This document shows positions 23,680-38,399 of a stretch of DNA of 64,000 bases, piece by piece (the stretch's first letter is position 1; every line of letters begins with the position of its first letter). Position numbers and translations under genes: made by a program. Under the pieces are notes generated by a model that was not told where the DNA came from, made no database searches, and saw nothing but the letters and a program-made list of their open reading frames with translations. The DNA is taken from the NCBI RefSeq assembly GCF_006345805.1, contig NC_043005.1, forward strand, positions 97,216,001 through 97,280,000, written 5' to 3'. This DNA comes from Octopus sinensis (Eukaryota).

Positions 23680-25022
23680 TCGTCCTGACCGGCTCTGCTA
23701 GCACGGCCCTATTCATTCTCAACTTCCTTACTACAGACATCCATCTTTTATCGAACTCACTTTGCGACCGGCACTTCTTCTCCAGACGGGTCTTTCTCGA
23801 CAGATAGAAGTTGAAATAGCTTACCAACCCATGTCCGGAGATGAAGTGACCAATCACAATCCCTTTCGCTCGTGTCGTCCATACTGCTTATTTCAGTATG
23901 GCTACTACGCAGAAAAACGATGCCTTCTTTTCCATGGAAGAAGGAAGAAGGCGGTACGATCTTCATCATGAACTCATTCGAGAGTCGTACTCTTTCTGCA
24001 CCCGAGGTGTCAAGACCGTGTCTAGACAACCTCTCTCGAACCGGTAAAGCCGATCGGTAGCACAACCAGGCCAAGGATTTCTGGAAGTTATCCAGATAGC
24101 TCGGCTCGAATGTACTTCTGAACAGGTTGGCTATTTTCTCCTCATCGAAGCCCAGAGTCTCCCACAGGACATTGTCGGACTTATACTCTACCAACCCTCT
24201 ATAAAAATCCGCAGTAGTAGCCCCGCTGCCGGTATTGCTCGGCCGAGAGAACAGAGTGAGTACTTGTCTGCACTCCCTCTTCCATTCTCCCATCCTAGGT
24301 CTCCGCTTGATCCACGTACGTAAGTCCCCGAGGGACTTCAGTTGTGGAAAAAGTCGCTTGGCCTGCGGTGACCACACCTGCTCACCATCCAGGTAGCGCC
24401 AGAGATGTCTCAGCCTCAGTGCGTACTTGCGCATCATCAACCATGGCATCCCCAGTCCACTCTAACGGTTTTTGATAGCAGATGGAGCGCCTCACAAGTG
24501 GCGTTCTCGTTTTCCACAAAAAGCGAGAACGGATCCCTTCGGACTTGGTCAGCTACAAACCGGGGCTAGGCACGACGGTTAGTCGGTAGGTTATCACAGA
24601 TGCTATAAAAATCTGTGCAACCTCGGCCCTTCCAAACAAGGATAACGTTCTCCCAGACCAGGTCTGGGTTATGGCCGTAACCTCGCTCGCCACCTCGCTC
24701 CAGTTTTTCTCCACGTGGATATCTGATCCAAACCAGATTCCGAGCAATTTAACTGGGCCCTCTGTCCAGCGTCCAACGTGCCACGCCAGGTGCCGAGTTG
24801 CAAGCCGACTGATTTCTCCTGATTAATTTTTGCCCCTGCCACCTCTTCATATCCTTTGATGGCGTCTTCTACACGAGGTAGCTGCTCTTCATCAGACACG
24901 ATGATGGTAACATCATCCGCATATGCCGTCGCACTTTTACCGTAACACAGATCACGTGGGTCCGCCCCCATATTCCCCAACCTCCGCAGCAGTGGCTCAA
25001 GAGCCAATACATACAGCAGCGA
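23680..25022 (-). mobile_element. L1/Tx1-type LINE, 3' part of ORF2 (5'-truncated, frameshifted)
   Basis: SLLYVLALEPLLRRL, AYADDVT, AKINQEKSVGLQLGTW, LGIWFG, LSLFGRAEV, SLAWLCYRSALPVRERL. Confidence 0.85.
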
Positions 25023-25826
25023 AGTCAGTTTCAAAACGTTGATGTCCAGGTGACAAAAATAAAGTTTGAACGGAATAGTAGTGATTCTCTTTGATTTCTA
25101 GATAGAAACAAATAGCAAATAACAATTACTGACCAAAGGCAAGAACATTTAAAAATTTTGTTACACAGCGTTATGGGTAACCGTGCCCCTGGACTATTCA
25201 ATATCTTGCTAGTTTATTTCACTAGTAAAGAGCTAGAGATTCATTGGATCGAACAACTAAATGCTTGTGGCCGAAAGCGACAGAGAAGTCGGTATTTGTT
25301 TCCTTATTCTTTAGAATTTGCTTTATTTAAATATAAATCTAATACATGTATTTTTTTCATTGTAAACTTCGTTCTTATTTGTAATTCTGTTCGTGATCGA
25401 ATTCTCAAATTCCTATAATTTCATTCATATAACGTGATTTTTATTTTTAATGTTTTATTTAATGTTTTTTTATTTAATGTTTTATTTCACATTGCCTTCG
25501 CCAAATTTTCTATACCACAATTCATGTCAATTGTATTCAATCCATGTACTGTATACAATAAGGTTTTACAGTTGTTTGTCATCAGCACCAAACAGCTTCG
25601 GGTCATTCATATGCCATAGATAGTTGGTCGTCATTCAAGGCAATCGTATTCACATCAAATCAGGTTGAGACAAGTCGGTTCCAATCATCAGATTCTGAGA
25701 GATGATTGGAAAAAAGAAGTCCTCTTGAAATATTTCCTCTTCTTCTGATATGGATTAGCCTTGTTATTTTACAATCTCTTTTTGATCATCATCATCATCG
25801 TCATCGTTATAAAATGACAGTGAGAT

Positions 25827-25990
25827 AGCAGAATGTTTACCACGCCGGGCAAAAGGATTAGCCGCATTCCTCCAGTATTTACGTTCTTAGTTCGAATCCC
25901 GCCGAGAACGACTTTAATTTACATTCTTTCGAAGGTCGATGACAAAAGTACCAGTCGAGCAAAAAATTTCAGGCCTTGTGCCTATAGTAG
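25827..25990 (+). mobile_element. SINE family B, degenerate
   Basis: tgagatagcagaatgtttaccacgccgggc..gttcgaatcccgccgag..ctttcgaaggtcgat..aagtaccag. Confidence 0.6.
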
Positions 25991-26275
25991 GAAGGATTTT
26001 TTTAAAACTTTTACAATCACTTGCCGAGACACACCCAGCGTCCTAGGACGAGAGAAGGATAAGAGATGTTATAGTATGACTGAAAGCTTGGGGAGGGAAA
26101 GTAGCAGGAGAGGTAGCGAAATATCTTCATGTAAAACAGACATTTAAATTGATAGGGTTTTTACCAAGGATGTGGGCAGTACTTGTTGGCACAATCTTTT
26201 GGATTCTAGTCTGGTAGATTGTAGCCTGATAGTTTTTGATAAGCAAGCTTTGATTCTTGTGCCGCCAATATGAAC

Positions 26276-26545
26276 GTAAAGACAGACGAAATGCTGCTAA
26301 GCATTTCGCCCGGCGTGCTAACGTTTCTTCCCGCTCGCCGCCTTACTGCTGTGACAATATTGTTACATTTAGGGGCTGGGGCTTCTTTTATGGCGGTGAA
26401 CTGACAGAATCGTTAGCATACTGAACGAAATGCTTAGCTGCATTTCTTCTGACTTTACGTTCTGAGTTCAAATGCCGCCGATTTCAACTTTTCCTTTCAT
26501 CCTTTCGGGGTCAATTATATAAATACCAGTTGAGCACTAGGACCT
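26276..26545. mobile_element. Two SINE family B pieces in opposite orientation (26276-26345 minus head; 26392-26545 plus)
   Basis: gcatttcgcccggcgtgctaacg and ggcggtgaactgacagaatcgttagc..tcatcctttcggggtc. Confidence 0.65.
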
Positions 26546-27134
26546 ATGTAATTTGACTGTCCATTTTCTATAAAGCTTCAAGCCTTGTGCGTATAGTAAA
26601 ATGCATATTTAGGGTTTTCTTCGGTGAAAATTGACCATATATTTTCACTTGTGTGTCTGAGAAAGATTTTGCAGACAGTTGAACGCCGTTCCTCCACGCA
26701 AATCTAGCTTCACACGACTGATGTTGCACAAGGAAAAGCCCGCCATCTTTTTTTTTACTGAATTTGCTTTGTTTTTGTGTTATCGCCGACGTTGCTGTCA
26801 AAAACTCAGAGAGTAGGTACAGACTCTCCAAACCTCCCTATCTGAAACTCTAACAATCCCGCTAATCCAGCCCTATTCCTCTGTTGTGTTTCTGTTTAAA
26901 TTTTGGAACTTATTTAATGTAACACTAAGCACCATTCTTTTTTTATCCAGTTGAATATATAACAGAAGACACTTACTTAGGGTGCCGTGCAGTAGGACTG
27001 AACTACAAACCATGTAGCTGGGAAGTAAACCTCTTACAACACAGTCGTGTAAACTATTCACATGTACGAAAAGGAGAAAGAAAAGCAGAAGACGAAGAGT
27101 TAGTCGGAGCACGGATATGAGAAAGAAGAGCTTA

Positions 27135-27295
27135 ATAGCTCAATCTGATTGTATGATGTTAAAATCCAGGCACTATCTTTATAATCCGTCTTGCTGCCAA
27201 CACGTTTCTTTGGCAACGATTAAGTCGTACTTGGCAGTGGTTTGTTAACAAAACACTACTCGTATTCTAGCCAAAACACAAACGCATTTTCACAA
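27135..27295. repeat. Unclassified interspersed repeat, copy 1 (copy 2 at about 43297-43455)
   Basis: Shared ctcaatctgattgtatgatgtt(a/g)aaatccag..tctttataatccgtcttg..gccaacacgtttct..ggcaacga. Confidence 0.7.
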
Positions 27296-27669
27296 ACATT
27301 TACACCATGCAAAATCAGGCAAATAGCTACGCGCGCAAACACACACACAACCACAATATAGCAAGCAGTGACATTAATACAAACAGACATAGACAGGCGT
27401 ACAACAAACTAAGAGAAATATATAACATATCGACATAGATGCACGTATAATCGATAACAATATATACTAAATCGAAATGGTAATCATAATAGATTTATTT
27501 AAACACACACACACAAATACACACACATAGACACACACACACATATTCATACATACATACATACATACATACATCTGCATATGTAGAAACATATACTGGC
27601 ACAATTTATGTGTTTGTGTACGTGTGTATGTGTAAGTATGCATGTAGGTAGATATGTAAATATGAATGT

Positions 27670-27746
<77 letters not shown>

Positions 27747-27906
27747 GAAGGCGCGAAAGAGAGAGAGTGAGACATAGAAAGAGATTGACAGATATGCTTG
27801 TATTGCTCTAAATCAGAAAATTTCCTTTAATTGAACTCCCTCATATATATTGCTTTGCATGAAATAATTATTCACACTATATATGTGTGTGGATGTGTGT
27901 GTGCGC

Positions 27907-27980
<74 letters not shown>

Positions 27981-27982
<2 letters not shown>

Positions 27983-28443
27983 GATGGGCTACAGCAAATA
28001 TTCTGCTCAATACCACAGATTTGCTTGTCAGTTGTTTGACCTTAACCAGTTGAGCATGTCCCTTCGTGGCTGACAATATGTGCATCTCTGATCACGAGCA
28101 GAAGTAGTGGGGGAGCATCATAGCCATGTGTTGAGAGGGATTCTTTGGGGTTTGAATAGTTCACCTCTGGAAACATGGGTGGTTCTTTCAACATCCTTAA
28201 ACAACCCTTATTCAGGGACCGTTTGAGCGGGATGGGCTACTCAATCTGAAGAAAATTCTAACTGGGCCCCACCTGCAAGGTCATGTGCTGTTTATCTTGA
28301 TATGAGATCACCATGTCGCGCACATATGGTTGTGATGCATGTGCCTGGTGTACCTTTATCAGACGGGTAGTCATGATGGGTATATTGGGCTTCGTATATT
28401 TTACCCCAGTGTCACTTTGATGGCATGCACTGCTCTCTCACTC
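27981..28443 (+). mobile_element. Non-coding TAA-flanked element X, copy 1 (left-truncated)
   Basis: Colinear with 48125-48587; about 9 substitutions in ~460 bp counted by eye; (TAA)n on both sides. Strand inferred from the truncation pattern. Confidence 0.8.
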
Positions 28444-31763
<3,320 letters not shown>

Positions 31764-31770
31764 TAATAAT

Positions 31771-31965
31771 AATAAATCATGTCTCCATGTACAGTCTTCT
31801 TGCGTCTACAGAGTATCTCAACTGGCTTGATAGGGCAGCACAATATATTCACTGGGTAATTTGCAAAAACTTGGACCTGCTCCATGATAAAAACTGCTGG
31901 GAACACAAACCACCGCTAGTGCTTGTAAATGACCGCATCTCACTCCTCTGGAACTTCACCGTTCA
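31771..31965 (+). pseudogene. Dong-type C-terminal fragment of a third, diverged family
   Basis: LLASTEYLNWLDRAAQYIHWVICK..WEHKPPLVLVNDRISLLWNFTVQT; starts directly at the end of the TAA tract. Confidence 0.7.
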
Positions 31966-32269
31966 AACTGCATTATTGTGTTTGATCTTGATGTTCATAT
32001 GTAGTTGGTTAATAAATTATGTGAATGGGTATTATCTGGTAGTTGGTTATTGATTAAAGTGTATTCCTCCATTTTCTTATTTTGTATTATGAATTTGTAG
32101 TAAAACATTTTACCTTCGCCTATATAATACAATAAATGAATTAATTGCATCGCAATTCTTAACATTTATGTATTAACCTCATTGGGTGCTTTACTGGCAG
32201 TATATTGGATATATGTTATCCCATAGTGGGTTACACTCACAACCCCTATCTCAATTTGTAATTATATAT

Positions 32270-32460
32270 AGGGAGAATTTACGAAAAAAAAACAAAAGAC
32301 GAAGACAAGTGGTGTAGAAAACAAACAGATGTATTAGTATAATGCTCGGGAATTGAAAAGGTCTTTAACGTTTCGAGCCTACACTCTTCCACAGAAAGGA
32401 ACACAGAAAGAAACAAGGGGAGAAAAAAATGTGTGTAGTGTCTACCGATCTATCATGGCG
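32270..32460 (-). mobile_element. Short repeat family H2 with variant hammerhead-like motif (32363-32398)
   Basis: CUUU-CUGUGGA-A-GAGU(GUAG)GCUC-GAAA-C-GUU-AAAG. Confidence 0.6.
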
Positions 32461-33165
32461 AACACACACACACACATATATATACACATATATATATATA
32501 TATATGTGTGCGTGTGTGTGTGTGTGTGTGTACATTCTCAGGGCGACTGATGTTATGATATTAGAAGCTTTCATAAATAGACACCTAGTGGGTTTGTTTT
32601 GGTCCAACTCACAATTAATTGGCTGAAATTTCTTACTCCACACATGAACATTCAACAAAGCACACAAAGTACAACATTCATAAGAAATTATCTCAAAGAA
32701 CTTCTAAAGATAAGCTGATTTTCTATAGAATTTTTTCCATGAAATACTCTTAAGAAAAATCCTATGCAAAGGTTTTTATAAAAGCCTTTGTTGAACGTAT
32801 TAATGCAAAAAATCGGTAAAGTCTCGTGATAAAACAAACTGAAAGATGTCTTACTGCTGTTCGTTATCTGTAGGTGGTTGTTTAATAACGAACTGACGAT
32901 GACGTCGTTTTATCTCTGGGAGTGGTTTTGTAATTTGGAATATATACACATATATCTATTTATGATCTGTTATTTATGCGTTTATCTAAACGTGCTGTAC
33001 ATAGATATTTTCATATATGCGTATTCACACACACATTCATACACACACGCACACACACATGAGAAAAGAGAAATTGAGAGATATGCTTATTAAGTTTTTA
33101 CAAGGAGACCGACAGTAACTTCGAAGTTACTGTTAATTGATCTTCTGTATAATTTGACATAAATC

Positions 33166-33200
<35 letters not shown>

Positions 33201-33285
33201 CATACATACATACATACATACATACATACATGTATACATGCATACATACACTTATATATATATGCATATGTGTGTGTATATATAT

Positions 33286-33594
<309 letters not shown>

Positions 33595-33717
33595 GGGCAT
33601 GTTTATAATGCCGTAGGTTGCGGTGAACTTCCCGAAAAATCATTCGAGTAGACGACAAATGGTAAAATGCATCGAAATTCTATATCGGTTGACTACGTTT
33701 AGTCAACACCCACGTAT

Positions 33718-34053
33718 GGCACTGCGGCCATGCTGGAGCACCGCCTTGAAGGCTTTTTAGTCGAACAAATCGACCCCAGAACTTATCATTTCTAAGCTTA
33801 GTAACTATTCTATCGATCACCTATGCATAACCGCTAAGACGTAAACACAAGCAGTGATGAGGTATAAATACAAGAACAAAGACACACACATATATATAAG
33901 ACGGGCTTCTTTCAGTTTCTCTCTACCAAATCCATTCACAAGGCTTCGGTTGCCCCGGTGCTATAATAGAAGACACTTTCCCAAGGCGCTACGCAGTGGA
34001 ACTGAACCCGGAACCATACGGTTTGGAAGTAAGCTTCTTACGACGTAGCCACT
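33718..34053 (-). mobile_element. SINE family A
   Basis: Homology to 3969-4385. Confidence 0.8.
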
Positions 34054-34327
34054 CTAGCAGCAATCAATTTTTTTAGCTCGTTATGATATATAGTTTGTGT
34101 CTGAATGATATGTTTCAAATACTTCCCAATATATGAAACTATTAGTAGCACTTAAAGACTTGTATTGTGTTCTTTAAATAAATAATATTTATTTCTCACC
34201 AGAGGGAGTACCTTTTTTCTTGAATTCTCTATCACGGAACAGTACATTAAATATATATATATACATTCATACATACGTTCATGCATACATACATACATAC
34301 ATACATAATTTCGCTGTTACATATAAA

Positions 34328-34368
<41 letters not shown>

Positions 34369-34471
34369 ATATATATTATATTATATCTCTCTATATATAT
34401 ATATAAATGTATGTATGTATGTATGTATGTATGTATGTATGTATGTATGCATGCATGTATGTATGTATGTA

Positions 34472-34911
34472 TAGGCTGACCGTAAAATCCGGATACATGG
34501 GAAATATTCATATTCTTGGCTTTTTCTTTTCTTCCGCGCACTGTTTATGAGTTTGTTTAAAGAAGAAAGAATTGAGTTGAAACTATTCAGTGATGCGAGA
34601 GTTTGTCATATCGACAGACAGCAAATTCTATCCCCTTCATTTCTTTTTAGCGGGGAATGTTGAAGGAGAAAGTATTCTCAGTGAAAATTACAGATATGAA
34701 ACATCAGAAGGAATACATGATGCATAAATGTGCTGAAACTGACGGAAATGTGAAGTTAGTATATCGAGTTTATGTAAACCTCACAAAGTGCATCGAATTT
34801 TGCATCATTAATGGTGGAAAGCTTGCGGAAAATGTTATTCATAACTGTAGTGAAATAATATTTTTGAAAATATGCAATTTCGCCTATCATCCAGGCTTTA
34901 GAGACATACTA
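34472..34911 (+). mobile_element. Internally deleted IS630-Tc1-mariner superfamily element (transposase C-terminus only)
   Basis: PLHFF..GMLKEKVFSVKITDM..CIINGGKLAENVI resembles the PLDFFLWG.LKEKVY..CI..GG C-terminus; weak TA-flanked TIRs. Confidence 0.55.
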
Positions 34912-34940
<29 letters not shown>

Positions 34941-34942
<2 letters not shown>

Positions 34943-35281
34943 CTTTTACTCTTTTACTCTTTTACTTTAGTCGAACAAATCGACCCCAGGACTTATTCTT
35001 TGTAAGCCCAGTACTTATTCTATCGGTCTCTTTTGCCGAACCGCTAAGTGACGGGGACGTAAACACACCAGCATCGGTTGTCAAGCAATGCTAGGGGGAC
35101 AAACACAGACACACAAACACACACATACATATATATATATATATACATACATATATACGACAGGCTTCTTTCAGTTTCCGTCTACCAAATAGCAGAAGAC
35201 ACTTGCCCAAGATACCATGCAGTGGGACTGAACCCGGAACCATGCGGTTGGTTAGCAAGCTACTTACCACACAGCCACTCC
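34941..35281 (-). mobile_element. SINE family A with an internal deletion
   Basis: Homology to 3969-4385; the segment between ctaccaaat and agcagaagac is missing. Confidence 0.85.
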
Positions 35282-35301
35282 ATATATATGTATATATATA
35301 T

Positions 35302-36045
35302 ATGACGCTCGCGTCGTTTTTCTTCTTCTCCAAGTAAGTTTTATTTCAATAATTATGACGCGCACTCTTAACTCTTTACTTGACCTTTCCTCCCTGCCTG
35401 TCTGTCTTACTCTCTACCTGTCTCTCTCCTTCTTATTTTTCACCCTTTCTGGTTTCTTCTCCTCTCTCTCACTCTTCCTCCTCTCTCTTGTCTCTGACCG
35501 GACGGCTACTAACTTTCTTTCTGCCCACAGCTTTCAACAAGGCAACATCGGCTTTTTTCTCTCTCTTCTGCAGCCGATCTTCAGAATGCGTTCTAACGAA
35601 TTTTTCCACCGTCTAAGCTTAAAAAATAGCTCTTATTGTTGGTTTCCTTGTCCTGTCTTTTACTGTTTTTATCTTTATTTGTACTGTTTTTTTCTTCATT
35701 TCTATTGTTTTTACGTCCTGTTCTTGTCACTCTTCTTTTACCCCTCCGCAAAAAAATTTTATTTAATTCATTTTGCGGGAAGGACTGCTTCGGTCTGGCC
35801 GTGTTCTGCCCTTACCTTCGAAACGCGCATTGAGTCGAAACTGGGGCAGCTGAAGAAGGGGAATGTTCCTTATATTGTTTGTCTTGTACTCTGTATTTTC
35901 GTCGTTAAAAAAAGTATGTTTCCTTGTTTGATTTTGTTTTCGTTTCTCGTTGTGTTCTACGTTTATTTGTGGTGTCCTGTACTCATATATGCATGTATAT
36001 ATACATATAGATGTAGGTATGTACATATATGTATGTATGCATATG
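35302..36045 (+). mobile_element. Unclassified ~740 bp pyrimidine-rich repeat (family Y, possibly PLE-derived)
   Basis: Its 5' part matches 44030-44290 (minus) and its 3' part matches 44480-44996 (plus). Confidence 0.6.
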
Positions 36046-36062
36046 TTTTATTTATATATATA

Positions 36063-36133
<71 letters not shown>

Positions 36134-36137
<4 letters not shown>

Positions 36138-37431
36138 AGGGTGAGTCAAAATTTATATGCATTCTTGTTTTTTAGTCGAACAAATCGACCCCGGGACTTA
36201 TTCTTTACACAAAAGCAGAGGATAAACAATTATGTCAATTGTCTATATAGTCTCCTTCCTTTTCGATGCACATGATCCAGCGGTCTACAAGCTTGCGCAT
36301 TTCCTTCAAGAAAAAGGTCTTTGGTTGGTCGTGCAACCATTTACGCACCGCTTTCTTCACACCTCTATCCGTAGGAAATCAACGACCTCGTAAACCATCT
36401 TTGAGCGGTCCAAAGATATAATAGTCAGAAGGGGCGAGATCTAGGCTGTAGGTAGGCTGTTCCAGCACCTCAAAACCGAATTGGTTAATGGTTTCAACGG
36501 TCTGGGCGACCGTGTGCGGGCGTGTATTGTCATGTAACAACAAAACTTTCTTCGACAATAGGCTTCGGCATTTTGTGCGAATTGCTGGCTCCGATTTGTT
36601 GGCTAGCAAACCACCGTATCTTGCACTGTTGATCGTACACCTCTTTTCCAGGTGGTCTTCTTGTATAGGCCCTTTTGAGTCCCCAAAAAAGGATAGCATC
36701 ACCTTTCCCGCTGAGTTTTGAATATCTTTATCGCTGGCGAGCCAGGATGTTTCCACTCCATACTCTGTCCTTTAGATTCACCCACATGATGATGGACGCA
36801 CTTTTCATCTCCTGCGACTATTCTGCTCAAACATTCCTCGCCCTCACTGTCGTAGCGATCGAGTAAACGTTGGCAGACCCCTAGACGTTTGCGCTTGTAC
36901 TCTTCACTTAGTTCTCTTGGCACCCATCTTGCACAGACTTTATGGAAGCCGAGCTCATCGTGGATGATTTAACAGGTAGAACCATGACTAATCTGCAGAT
37001 AACGAGCTACCTCATCGATGATAAGTCGCCGTTTCACCATGACCATCTCTCGAGCTTGCCGAATCTTCTCGTCAGTGGTAGAAGTTGACAAGCGTCCTGC
37101 TTCCTCTTCGTGCGTCACATTTAAACTTCTCGATCCACTCATACACGCGGTAGCGCACTGGCCCCGTATTGTGCTAAAATCCTCCGATGAATTTCAGCAC
37201 CTGACACACCTTCCGACCAGAGAAATCAGATCACTGCTCTTTGGTACACATTGCTAGTGGAGTGGCCATTCTAACGCTGTAAAGCCATAATGAAAACAAG
37301 TGCGATCAGGATCAAACTTCTATCACGTGACCGCAATAGTGCCAACTATAAGCACGCATGCGCAGAAGGCTGTGCGACAATAATAAAGATAGGTTATGGC
37401 GAAAGTGCGGATAATTTTTGACTTCCCTCGT
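36134..37431 (-). mobile_element. Near full-length mariner (DD34D type) with both TIRs, disrupted
   Basis: TIRs taagagggtgagtcaaaattta / taatttttgacttccctcgtg. Motifs WVPREL, RIVAGDEKCVHH, LLLHDNTRPH, DLAPSDYYIFGPLKDGLRGR. Confidence 0.9.
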
Positions 37432-37447
37432 GTGTGTGTATATATAC

Positions 37448-37478
<31 letters not shown>

Positions 37479-37480
<2 letters not shown>

Positions 37481-38030
37481 CGAGGGTGGGCTGAAAAGCT
37501 GATATGCTGACTATGAAGGAGTGATGCTAGAGCCGCGAAATCTTGCGTGCATTAATTTCTTATTGATAACTGCATTGTTTCTTTCCAGGCAAACTGACAT
37601 CTCACTGTTCAAACAAGACTTCAAAAGTAACTAATAGTGACTTCTCTTGAAAATGGACAAAATTTGACACCGCGGTATTACCAAGTTCCTGCAGAAAAAG
37701 CGTTTTACCCCCAATGACATTCATGCTGATATGGCTGCCTCTTTAAGGGATCAACCTCCAACTTTAGGAACAATGCAAGGGTGAGCAATTGAATTTAGGA
37801 AGAGAAGGGAGACTGATGGTCTGGACGTCCAGCAACCGCCACCACTGTAGAAAACATTGACTGTGTTCACTACATGTTAAAAGATGAGAGGCGATTGTCG
37901 GTAAATCAAATAGTCAATGCTGTTAATATGTCTCGGTAGAGAGTTGTGAAAATTGTGCACAATGAACTTGACATGTCGAAGTTTCTGCTCGGTGGATCCA
38001 TGTCTTCTGATACCTGATCAAAGCCTCTAT
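37479..38030 (+). mobile_element. mariner 5' half (different family)
   Basis: TIR tacgagggtgggctgaaaag. Decayed N-terminus MDKI..RGITKFLQK..GRPATAT..DERR..HNELDM. Confidence 0.7.
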
Positions 38031-38399
38031 TGTCTATTAGTGACAGGATGCCAGTCAAGCGTAGCTCTCCTCTGGATGTGGCTCGGAATGTCAGTGTGCA
38101 TAGGGACAGCCCTGCTTCAAACGTGGTTGCAGTAGATTTTTGCGGATGTTACTTGAGCCGTATAGGGTGTCAGCAATGGGAGACAAAAATATCTTCTGAT
38201 CTTAAAGAGAAGGACTACTCTTTGAGATGCCATTCTAGTTATGCTACGGGTGTTTTCGCCAAGAAAGGGAGCGATTGTGGGGGCTCTAACTGAGTGCCGC
38301 TCATGTTAAGTGGTGATGTGATGCCGTTGTGTTTCTTTGATAATGCTTGAGTTTTGGAGTTAATTCATTCAATACACTGAGTTTCTCGCCACCGTGTCT

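Noticed and set aside
25679-25711. Small perfect hairpin ttccaatcatc..gatgattggaa
   Set aside because: Only 33 nt, within what looks like a decayed LINE tail; not distinguishable from chance.
35800-35875. Type II or III hammerhead from CCUUC-GAAAC..CUGAAGA-AGGGG (also 44735-44795)
   Set aside because: Stem I cannot form after the GUC/GUU triplet and no GAAA follows the downstream hairpin. Kept only as an unexplained motif.
35355-36275. 306 aa ORF as a membrane protein
   Set aside because: Hydrophobicity comes from the CT/T-rich family Y repeat plus a TA microsatellite.
38030-38340. GC-richer segment, possibly a Tx1 ORF2 C-terminal fragment
   Set aside because: No motif strong enough to assign.
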